Part shown: in pieces, positions 1 to 7,399 of the stretch
Numbering within the stretch: position 1 is the stretch's first letter
How the letters are laid out: every line of letters begins with the position of its first letter
NCBI GenBank assembly: GCA_040768135.1
Contig: JAXGNF010000007.1
Coordinates: forward strand, 1-57,746
Direction of reading: 5' to 3'
DNA from: Thermoleophilia bacterium
Lineage (GTDB): Bacteria; Actinomycetota; Thermoleophilia; RBG-16-64-13
DNA length: 57,746 nucleotides
The notes under the pieces: model-generated
Seen by the model: the letters and a program-made list of their open reading frames with translations, nothing else
Databases searched by the model: none
What the model was told of the DNA's origin: nothing
Translations under genes and position numbers: made by a program

Positions 1-46
1 TCTTGCGTTTCGACTGAAAAGCCCTGCAAACGGTCGGTTTTTGGTG

Positions 47-80
47 ACAGGCGGCAACAGGCGAAAACAGGCAAAAACGG
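47..80 (+). repeat. Three to four tandem 10-bp units ACAGGC(G/A)NNA next to the att site; possible integrase arm-type sites
   Basis: ACAGGCGGCA/ACAGGCGAAA/ACAGGCAAAA/ACGG with exact 10-bp period; CCCTGCA also repeated at 22-28 and 81-87. Confidence 0.5.
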
Positions 81-87
81 CCCTGCA

Positions 88-134
88 GCGGCTGGGGGCC
101 GGAAGGTCGCCGGTTCAAATCCGGCCGTCCCGAC
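88..134 (+). mobile_element. 3' half of tRNA-Pro(GGG), probable attachment-site duplication at the end of an element integrated upstream of the window
   Basis: CGG-CT-GGG-GG-CCGGA anticodon loop, T-arm GCCGG-TTCAAAT-CCGGC and acceptor 3' strand CGTCCCG-A are present; no complementary CGGGACG 5' strand or D-arm upstream. Confidence 0.75.
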
Positions 135-293
135 TTCCATTTCGGCTTATAAGCCTGTCTTCATGGGGCATCTTTATAACTCCTGCCGGGCCCCGCATCT
201 TCAAGCGCACCTGCGCAGCAAGCTACCCCGTGCTAGGATTCCAGTAGGAACCACCATAGGATACGCGCGGGTTGAACAGGACTAGGTCCGGGT

Positions 294-324
294 CGGGGAC
301 AGAAGATGTCCTGTCCCCGCTTTG
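294..324 (+). terminator. GC-rich hairpin followed by CTTT, upstream of the nucleotidyltransferase gene
   Basis: CGGGGACAG-aagatgtc-CTGTCCCCG, 9-bp stem. Confidence 0.4.
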
Positions 325-369
325 AGAGCGCTACAGGGGTTGCTCGCTAATACCTGAGAGGAGGCTCCC

Positions 370-2880
370 ATGAAGGCAGTTGTCATGGCCGGCGGTCAGG
401 GCACGCGTCTGCGGCCCCTCACCTCGAACCAGCCCAAACCGATGGTGCCGGTGGTGAACAAACCTACCATCCAGCACATCCTCGAGTTGCTTCAGAGACA
501 CGGCATCAACGAAGTGGTCATGACTTTGGCCTTCTTGCCGCGGCTCATCCGCAACTACTTCGGCGACGGCAGCAGCCTTGGCATGAAGATCGACTACACA
601 GTCGAAGAGACTCCAGCGGGCACCGCCGGATCGATACGACTGGCGAGGGAACTCCTCGACGATACCTTCATGGTCATCAGCGGCGATGCCCTGACCGACT
701 TCGACCTCACCAGCGTCGTGGCCTTTCACAAGGAACGACAGGCCACCGTTACCATCGCCCTCAAGAGCGTAGCCAATCCGCTGGAGTTCGGTGTGGTGAT
801 AGTCGATGATGAGGGTCGCATCCAACGCTTCTTGGAGAAACCCGGCTGGGGCCAAGTCTTCTCCGACACGGTCAACACCGGCATCTATGTGCTGGAGCCC
901 GAGGTGTTCGATCATATCCCCGAGGGCCAGCCCTATGACTTCAGCCATGAGTTGTTCCCCAAGCTTTTCGACATGCAGAAGCCTTTGTACGGAACCGTCT
1001 GCGACGGTTACTGGCAAGACATCGGCAGCCTCGAGCAGTATCTCCAGGCCAACCGTGATGCGCTTGACGGCAAAGTGAGACTCACTCCACCCGGGGTGCG
1101 ACTCCGCGGCAATATCTGGGTCGGACAGGGTGCTTCCTTGGATACGCTCGACGACGTCGAGGGGCCGGCGGTCATAGGCGAGAACGTCCGCATAGAGACA
1201 GGGGCTAAGGTTTTCGCGCACACGGTCCTAGGAGATAACACTGTCTTACGCGCAGGCGCGCACGTAAGGGACTCCGTCTTTGCTGAGAACGTCTACATCG
1301 CCTCAGGAGCCACCGTCGGCGGCGTGGTGTTGGGTAGCGCCGTCGAGGTCCATGAAAATGCCCATCTCGCAGAGGGAGTCGTGGTGGGCGATCGTTCGAT
1401 CATCGGACGAAACGCCGTAGTGGCGAACAACGTCAAGGTTTATCCGTTCAAAAACATCGAACCAGGCTCTACAGTACGTTCTTCCATCGTGTGGGAGACC
1501 CGAGGGCCCAGCACCCTTTTTGGACGCGATGGCGTTCGCGGTCTCGCCAATGTGGATGTCACCCCCGAGATGGCCATGCGTCTTGCTATGTCGTACGGCA
1601 CTTTGGTGGGAAAGGGCACATACGTGGTCACGAGTCGCGATACCCACCAGGCCTGCCGCGTCCTCAAGCGGGCCATCATCAGCGGTCTGAATTCCACTGG
1701 GGTCAACGTGCGTGATCTCACCACAGCCACCCTGGCAGTGAACCGCTTTGACATCAAGAGTGGCAACGCGGTCGGTGGAATCCACGTGCGCATGAGCCTT
1801 GATAACCCCGAACAGGTGGAGTTGTTGTTCTCCGAGACCCCAGGGGTCCCGACCGACAACCGACGAGAGCGAGCCATAGAGAACCTCTATTTTCGTGAGG
1901 ACTTCCGCCGAGCTCCTTTCGAGGAGATGGGGCAGGTGATGTACCCACCCCGGGTCATCGAGACCTATACCAACTCTCTGCTCGAGAACTGGAACACTGT
2001 AGCTATCAGGGGGCGCCAGCCCCGGCTTGTACTCGACTACTCCGCATCAGCGCCGGCGTTCTTCTTCTCATCGACGTTGGACAACCTGGGCATCGAGACT
2101 GTGGCTCTAAACACATTCTCCCGCGCGCATTCACGTTTCACTCCGGCCGACAGCCTCCCTCCGGCCGCGGCCCGGGTGGGAGAGATGGTGCGGGCGATGG
2201 AAGCCGATCTCGGAGCGATTCTCGATCCGGGGGCTGAATACCTGTATGTCGTAGACGAGAGGGGAGAGCTTATACCGTCCTTCGCGCTTTTCTTGCTCCT
2301 GTTGCAACATGCGGCCCGCGAAGCGGGGTCCGGGTTTGCCGCCGTGCCACTGCACGCGACTCGTTTGAGCGAGCAGGTGGTGGCCGCAACCGGAGTGAGC
2401 ATCAGGCGGACCAAGTACTCAAAGGCGACGCTTATGGCCGAGGCCACACGTCCAAATACGGTATTTGCCGCCAGCACCGATGGCGGATACATCTATCCTT
2501 CGGTGCTTGCGTCCATGGACGGACTGTTTGCACTGGGCAAGGTGCTCGAACTGGTCTCTATCTCTGATGCTCCTTTGTCCCAGCTCGTGGCCCAAGTGCC
2601 GGTCGCGCATGTCGTCCATTACACGACCGAATGTCCGTGGGATCTGAAAGGAACAGTGATGCGGCGCATGACGGAGAAGCTCCGTCAGGGCCGGGTATCG
2701 CTCGTGGACGGCATCAAGGTCTTTCTTGATCATTCCGAGTGGGCACTTGTGCTACCGGACGCTGAAGAACCGCTTTTTCACGTCTACGCGGAGGCTGGGG
2801 GAGACGAACGGGCCGAGGAGTTGGCGGAGAGCTATCGCAGTTTGCTGGAGACTGCCGTAAGGGATTCGACGTCGACCTAG
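370..2880 (+). CDS. Mannose-1-phosphate guanylyltransferase (NDP-sugar synthase) fused to a left-handed beta-helix and a degenerate phosphomannomutase-like domain
   Basis: [16 protein letters not shown] nucleotidyltransferase motif, hexapeptide repeats, [12 protein letters not shown] start; GGAGG RBS. Confidence 0.9.
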   Translation: MKAVVMAGGQGTRLRPLTSNQPKPMVPVVNKPTIQHILELLQRHGINEVVMTLAFLPRLIRNYFGDGSSLGMKIDYTVEETPAGTAGSIRLARELLDDTFMVISGDALTDFDLTSVVAFHKERQATVTIALKSVANPLEFGVVIVDDEGRIQRFLEKPGWGQVFSDTVNTGIYVLEPEVFDHIPEGQPYDFSHELFPKLFDMQKPLYGTVCDGYWQDIGSLEQYLQANRDALDGKVRLTPPGVRLRGNIWVGQGASLDTLDDVEGPAVIGENVRIETGAKVFAHTVLGDNTVLRAGAHVRDSVFAENVYIASGATVGGVVLGSAVEVHENAHLAEGVVVGDRSIIGRNAVVANNVKVYPFKNIEPGSTVRSSIVWETRGPSTLFGRDGVRGLANVDVTPEMAMRLAMSYGTLVGKGTYVVTSRDTHQACRVLKRAIISGLNSTGVNVRDLTTATLAVNRFDIKSGNAVGGIHVRMSLDNPEQVELLFSETPGVPTDNRRERAIENLYFREDFRRAPFEEMGQVMYPPRVIETYTNSLLENWNTVAIRGRQPRLVLDYSASAPAFFFSSTLDNLGIETVALNTFSRAHSRFTPADSLPPAAARVGEMVRAMEADLGAILDPGAEYLYVVDERGELIPSFALFLLLLQHAAREAGSGFAAVPLHATRLSEQVVAATGVSIRRTKYSKATLMAEATRPNTVFAASTDGGYIYPSVLASMDGLFALGKVLELVSISDAPLSQLVAQVPVAHVVHYTTECPWDLKGTVMRRMTEKLRQGRVSLVDGIKVFLDHSEWALVLPDAEEPLFHVYAEAGGDERAEELAESYRSLLETAVRDSTST

Positions 2881-2881
2881 A

Positions 2882-3466
2882 CTAGGACTGCGAACTCTTG
2901 GCGATAACCTGCTTGCAGACCGTCTTGAGGGTCTCGAATACGCCCACGCCACTTAGAGCGCACGCCTCAACAACAGGTGAGCCTGTGTGATTGAGCAGCT
3001 CGGTGAGATCGCTGACCGAGAAGATCGCGCTGAGATCTCGTTTGTTCATCTGCAGGACCATGCCAAGATTGTTGATGTCTTCACCCTGCTCCATGAGGTT
3101 GTCCCACAGGTTGAGGTAGCTGTCGACGTTCTCGTCGAGCCGCGATATCTGGCTGTCGGCCACGAAGACCACGCCATCGACGCCCTGCAGCACTAGTTTG
3201 CGCGAAGCATTATAGAAGGACTGCCCAGGCACCGTGTATAAATGGAAACGGGTGCGCAGCCCCTTCACCGTGCCGAGTGATAGCGGGAGGAAGTCGAAGT
3301 AGAGGGTCCGCTCTTCTTCCGTCGCGATACTCACCAACCGGCCTCTTGCCCCCGGGTTGACACGGCGGTAGATGTACTGGATGTTCGTAGTCTTGCCGCA
3401 CAGCCCACATCCGTAGTACACGATCTTGTAGTTGATCTCCCGAGCCGACAGATTGATCAGTGCCAC
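2882..3466 (-). CDS. mglA: MglA-family small GTPase (Myxococcus/Thermus type)
   Basis: INLSAREINYKIVYYGxGLCGKTTN, RTLYFDFLPL, LYTVPGQ, DGVVFVADS and NKRD motifs; start reassigned to GTG 3466 with GGGAG RBS. Confidence 0.92.
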   Translation of the reverse strand: MALINLSAREINYKIVYYGCGLCGKTTNIQYIYRRVNPGARGRLVSIATEEERTLYFDFLPLSLGTVKGLRTRFHLYTVPGQSFYNASRKLVLQGVDGVVFVADSQISRLDENVDSYLNLWDNLMEQGEDINNLGMVLQMNKRDLSAIFSVSDLTELLNHTGSPVVEACALSGVGVFETLKTVCKQVIAKSSQS

Positions 3467-3476
3467 TCGTCGCTCC

Positions 3477-3983
3477 CTATAGTTGTCCGTCACCTTCGCC
3501 GGGGAACCAGGAGTCGATGGCCGTCCCCGCCTCACGGGAGTAGTCGTGATCGATGATCCGTTCTCCTCCTGTGGTATCTTCGGCAGCTTCGAAAACCGGC
3601 TTGAGGACCTCGACCGCCCTCCCCGTGTATAGACGCACCCGACCGACCTGCGTATCATGTCCAAAAGTGATAAGGAGGAGAATCTGTTCGGTCACCTGCA
3701 TCACGTGCAGGTTAGATTCCCGGCCTTCGTGGAACAGCAGGCTGAACTCACGTTCTTTGAGAACCTCAGCCAGTTGACGGGTGGCGGCGAAGGAACCTGC
3801 CGCCAGCGCAGCCAGTGACAACGTATCGGCGTCGGCGTGGGGGGGGGAGGTGGTTATCGGTTGCCCGCTGGTTGAGATCAAGGCAACGAACTGAGACGCC
3901 GTAACCCGCCGCAGCTTGTTGAGGACGCCGTCGATCAACTGCATCTGCTCGTCGTTGATGACGAGGCCTCTACGACCAGCCAC
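3477..3983 (-). CDS. mglB: MglB roadblock/LC7 GTPase-activating protein
   Basis: SLAALAAGSFAA, FHEG and GRVRL motifs plus C-terminal helix; directly upstream of mglA; start GTG 3983 with GGAGG RBS. Confidence 0.85.
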   Translation of the reverse strand: MAGRRGLVINDEQMQLIDGVLNKLRRVTASQFVALISTSGQPITTSPPHADADTLSLAALAAGSFAATRQLAEVLKEREFSLLFHEGRESNLHVMQVTEQILLLITFGHDTQVGRVRLYTGRAVEVLKPVFEAAEDTTGGERIIDHDYSREAGTAIDSWFPGEGDGQL

Positions 3984-4048
3984 GGCAGACCCTCCTTCAG
4001 CACGAATTCGGCGTGTTTCCTTGCCCGACAGTATACAAGGCCCCACCC

Positions 4049-4075
4049 TTATCGGTCACACCCGGGACCAATAGA
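4049..4075 (-). promoter_or_regulatory. Putative sigma28/WhiG-type promoter for mglBA
   Basis: ACCGATAA -10 box (4049-4056); weak -35 TCTAT 14 nt upstream; the 11-mer ACCGATAAGGG is identical to the one upstream of pilT. Confidence 0.5.
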
Positions 4076-4133
4076 CGCCAAAACTGCTGTGCTATCATGA
4101 CGACCAGCCGGTAGTGGCGAGAAAGGAGCGCAT

Positions 4134-4517
4134 GTGAACCCAAAAAACCTCAAGTACCACCGGGAGCACGACTGGGCCCACATAGCCGGCGATACCGCCG
4201 TTTTCGGTCTCACCAGCTATGCCCAGGAGACGCTTGGCGACATAGTCTTCATCGAACTCCCCGAGGTAGGCAAAGACGTCACTGCGGGGACGCCATATGC
4301 TGAGGTGGAGTCGGTCAAGGCCGTATCTGAGGTATATGCGCCGCTCAGTGGTTCAGTGGTAGAGGTCAACGAAGAGGTCGTCGATGCCCCCGAGACTATC
4401 AACGAGAGTCCGTACGAAGACGGGTGGCTCATTAAGGTCAAGTTGAGCGACCCCGCAGAGATCGATACGCTCATGACAGAAGAGGAATACGCAGAGTTTC
4501 TCGCCGGGCTTGAGTAA
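4134..4517 (+). CDS. gcvH: Glycine cleavage system H protein
   Basis: EVESVKAVSEVYAPLSG lipoyl-Lys motif, PYEDGWLIKV; AAAGGAG RBS. Confidence 0.95.
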   Translation: MNPKNLKYHREHDWAHIAGDTAVFGLTSYAQETLGDIVFIELPEVGKDVTAGTPYAEVESVKAVSEVYAPLSGSVVEVNEEVVDAPETINESPYEDGWLIKVKLSDPAEIDTLMTEEEYAEFLAGLE

Positions 4518-4520
4518 CAC

Positions 4521-4543
4521 GCCTCAGGCACAACCTGAGGTGC
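4521..4543 (+). terminator. Hairpin after gcvH
   Basis: CCTCAGG-cacaa-CCTGAGG stem, no U-tract. Confidence 0.35.
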
Positions 4544-4590
4544 ATTGTCGCACAGACGAGCCGCGGCTCGTCATAGGTCTCTACTGTAGG

Positions 4591-4619
4591 TTGAAGGTTT
4601 TGGGTAGGACCGCTATAGT
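4591..4619 (+). promoter_or_regulatory. Housekeeping-sigma promoter, probably giving a leaderless rsiG transcript
   Basis: TTGAAG-N17-TATAGT; the GTG start at 4626 lies 7 nt after the -10 box with no SD. Confidence 0.65.
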
Positions 4620-4625
4620 GAGAGT

Positions 4626-4916
4626 GTGAACGCCTTGGGTGAGTCTTCATTTGACCGACTGATCAACATTCAGTCGTATAGCGATGACGAGTTGAAGTCG
4701 CTTCATAAGCGCTTGGTTGAGGAAGAGCGTGAGATCTCCATGCGCAGGCGGCTACTGCACGCCGAACTAGACATAATCCGAGCGGAGACGGTCAGACGGC
4801 TGCGCGACAAGAGCAGGGCTGAAGGCGGTCTTGTCCGTGACGGCAATCTGGCCGTTTTGGCGGATATTCTCAGCGGTCGATTGCCCGTCGATGACGATCT
4901 TGAAGTGGGGGGGTGA
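4626..4916 (+). CDS. rsiG: RsiG/AmfC-family anti-sigma factor, single c-di-GMP-binding motif
   Basis: SDDELKSL..EEEREISMRRRLLHAELDIIRAE contains E-x3-S-x2-R-x3-H-x3-D (E34,S38,R41,H45,D49). Confidence 0.75.
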   Translation: MNALGESSFDRLINIQSYSDDELKSLHKRLVEEEREISMRRRLLHAELDIIRAETVRRLRDKSRAEGGLVRDGNLAVLADILSGRLPVDDDLEVGG

Positions 4917-4922
4917 TCTCTC

Positions 4923-5708
4923 GTGCCGGAGGACGTTGAGCCGGTCGTTCGTGGTATTCAGAAGCGCTTCCGTGATCTTTCGGTGGACGTACGCGAAGAG
5001 CGGATCATCCGTTACATCGTCAACCAATTGGGTCAAGGCCGCAAGATAGACGACATAATGGGCGACGCCTACCTCACCGCCCACACCAGTGACGTTTTCC
5101 GGCTCCAAGTGTTGCAGAATCCGGCCGTCATCAGAGCCATCGAAGAAGAACTGCATCGCCAATTTGCTGACTATCAGTCGGCTACCGGCACCGCTGCCGG
5201 CAGCAATCCTCCGCCCGAGCCGGGGGGAAACCCGCAAGACTCGATCGTATGCCCATCTTGTGGGACTTCTAACACCTGCGATTCCAACTTCTGCCGGCGC
5301 TGCGGCAATCGGCTGCCACCCACAGACCCGACTGACGTCACATTGTCGTATTCCCTCGCAGATATGGATACGGGCGCGGGCCTTTTTGCGCCGGGAGCAG
5401 TAAGTGGAACAGTACTTCTGATCCGCGCCGGAGGGGGCCGGGAGGGTGAGGTCGTTAGCCTTGTAGGCGATGTACTTACCGTTGGCCGCAGTCCCCATAG
5501 CGATCTGTTCCTGGACGACGTGACTGTATCGCGTCACCACGCCCGGATCCTGCGAGACGAAGATGAGTTCTTGGTAGAAGATCTGAACAGCCTGAACGGT
5601 ACATACGTGAATCGTAAGCGCATCGAGCGTCACCGTCTCTCTGATGGTGACGAGCTTCAGATCGGTAAATACAAGCTGGCCTTCATCGAGCAGCCAGAGG
5701 AGATCTGA
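4923..5708 (+). CDS. FHA-domain protein (GarA/OdhI-like) with zinc ribbon and an extra N-terminal helical domain
   Basis: CPSC..FCRRC zinc ribbon; VGRSPHSDLFLDDVTVSRHHA and DLNSLNGTYVN FHA motifs. Confidence 0.9.
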   Translation: MPEDVEPVVRGIQKRFRDLSVDVREERIIRYIVNQLGQGRKIDDIMGDAYLTAHTSDVFRLQVLQNPAVIRAIEEELHRQFADYQSATGTAAGSNPPPEPGGNPQDSIVCPSCGTSNTCDSNFCRRCGNRLPPTDPTDVTLSYSLADMDTGAGLFAPGAVSGTVLLIRAGGGREGEVVSLVGDVLTVGRSPHSDLFLDDVTVSRHHARILRDEDEFLVEDLNSLNGTYVNRKRIERHRLSDGDELQIGKYKLAFIEQPEEI

Positions 5709-5721
5709 GCCGGGCCGACCC

Positions 5722-6474
5722 ATGGATGACGCCGCCAAACGTCCCGCCCCAGCCGGCAACCCAACACCCGATCCCGTAGTAGGCGCCGATACCGACCGTC
5801 CCCTCACTATAGGACAGGTGGTCGCCCAACTTCAGACGGAATTTCCCGACCTCAGCATCACCAAGATTCGCTACCTAGAGGATCGACAACTTCTGAATCC
5901 GGCCCGGAGCAAAGGCCGCTACCGGAAGTTCAGTACGGCCGACATCCGGCGGCTCCGGACCATACTCACTCTGCAGCGCGACGAGTATCTACCGCTTGAG
6001 GTGATACGAGAGCGTATCGACAGAGTGGGTGTATCAGGCTTGGGGGAATCTCTGACGTCGGCCGTCGCTCCTCTGCGTTCAAGTGCGGCCCTCAAGAGAG
6101 AGGAGCCAATTTACAGCTGGACAGAACTGTGCCGAGAGTCCGGGGCGGACGACGCGTTTTTACGCCTGCTCGTCGAATTCCGCCTGATTGAGCCTTCCGC
6201 CCAAGGCGGCCAGGTCTTCACTGAGTCCGACGCAGAGATCGCCCGCATCTGTCAAGTTCTCGCCCGATTCGGGGTTGAACCTCGTAATCTGCGCCTCTTG
6301 GCCTCTTCCGTAGAAAGGGAGGCGGCGATCCTACAACAGGTCGTCGCACCTTCATTGCGCTCTGCCCATGTCGACAAAAGAGATTACGGAGAGCAAGTGC
6401 TGGGAGATCTTGGCTCTCTTTACTCTCGTCTCATGCACTTCCTTCTCTATAAGGAACTGCGCAAAGCGCTCTAG
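5722..6474 (+). CDS. MerR-family regulator (Rv1828/FtsR-like)
   Basis: LTIGQVVAQLQTEFPDLSITKIRYLE..YRKFS..LPLEVIRE motif; conserved gcvH-FHA-MerR order; start ATG 5722. Confidence 0.88.
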   Translation: MDDAAKRPAPAGNPTPDPVVGADTDRPLTIGQVVAQLQTEFPDLSITKIRYLEDRQLLNPARSKGRYRKFSTADIRRLRTILTLQRDEYLPLEVIRERIDRVGVSGLGESLTSAVAPLRSSAALKREEPIYSWTELCRESGADDAFLRLLVEFRLIEPSAQGGQVFTESDAEIARICQVLARFGVEPRNLRLLASSVEREAAILQQVVAPSLRSAHVDKRDYGEQVLGDLGSLYSRLMHFLLYKELRKAL

Positions 6475-6517
6475 TCGACTGGGCCTCCCGGGCCTGCCAA
6501 GAACCGGATGTGCGCCT

Positions 6518-6546
6518 TTTCCAGCCGGGGTATGGCGTCGTACAAT
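6518..6546 (+). promoter_or_regulatory. Putative promoter for apt
   Basis: TTTCCA-N17-TACAAT. Confidence 0.45.
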
Positions 6547-6663
6547 GAGCCTGTCACAAACCGGAGCAGCCTATTATCAGCTGGAACCGTATAGCTCGGC
6601 GGCGCGCTGACATGCCTCGCAGCCTCTGAGTACAGTAGGCTGTCCACGACCCCAAGGAGCGTC

Positions 6664-7182
6664 ATGAGACTCGAGGACCATATCCGCCACATCCCCGGCT
6701 TCCCGAAAGAGGGTGTACTCTTTCACGACATCATGCCAATGCTTCAAAAGGCTGAAGCGTTGCGCTACGCCGTGGACTTAATGGCCGACTTCGCTCGCGA
6801 AAGGGAGGTGGATCTTGTCCTAGGGGCCGAGGCGAGAGGGTTCATCCTTGGAGCGGCTCTTGCGTACGCTCTTGGAGTGGGATTCGCTGCTTCCCGCAAG
6901 CCCGGCAAACTGCCTTGGACCGTCCAACGGTGCGAATACGACCTTGAATACGGCACCGACACGCTGGAGATGCACACTGATGCGATCAAGAAAGGCCAGC
7001 GCGTTCTGATTCACGACGACTTACTCGCGACCGGCGGAACCGCTCAGGCAAACGTACGACTCGTCGAGCAGGCTGGTGGAGTCGTAGCTGGCCTGGCTTT
7101 TTTGATCGAATTGAGCGACCTCCATGGGAGGGACAAGCTGGAGGGTTACGACATCCTCAGCCTATTGCGGTATGAGGTCTAA
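6664..7182 (+). CDS. apt: Adenine phosphoribosyltransferase
   Basis: EARGF, RKPGKLP, YDLEYGTDTLE, IHDDLLATGGT. Confidence 0.95.
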   Translation: MRLEDHIRHIPGFPKEGVLFHDIMPMLQKAEALRYAVDLMADFAREREVDLVLGAEARGFILGAALAYALGVGFAASRKPGKLPWTVQRCEYDLEYGTDTLEMHTDAIKKGQRVLIHDDLLATGGTAQANVRLVEQAGGVVAGLAFLIELSDLHGRDKLEGYDILSLLRYEV

Positions 7183-7199
7183 AGCGTCCGCTCCCTGCG

Positions 7200-7227
7200 A
7201 CTTTACATAATGTACATTATCGTGCAT
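7200..7227 (-). other. dif site (XerC/XerD chromosome dimer resolution)
   Basis: ATGCACGATAA-TGTACA-TTATGTAAAGT, 11-6-11 layout matching dif; gene orientation converges on it. Confidence 0.85.
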
Positions 7228-7298
7228 TATGTCGGTTGCGGTTTTCCCGAGTATGTAGGTTGCAGCGCCGGTCGTTGCCCGCTCCGACCAAAGAGTCA

Positions 7299-7337
7299 GA
7301 AGCCGACGGGCGTCTTTCTCGATGACCCGTCGGCCTC
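7299..7337. terminator. Strong hairpin between convergent apt and pilC
   Basis: GCCGACGGG...CCCGTCGGC stem; a second hairpin AACGGCA..TGCCGTT at 7353-7375. Confidence 0.5.
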
Positions 7338-7399
7338 CTGCTGGCTGCCATCAACGGCAACACGGGACTGCCGTTATTTCTGTACGCGCCCCGCGGCGG

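Noticed and set aside
60-134. Intact tRNA-Pro gene
   Set aside because: No 5' acceptor strand or D-arm; treated as an att remnant.
4914-4923. rsiG and the FHA gene are in the same frame, separated by TGA-TCT-CTC: possible read-through or selenocysteine fusion
   Set aside because: One-in-three chance of being in frame, no convincing SECIS hairpin, and GGGGG provides an SD for a separate start.
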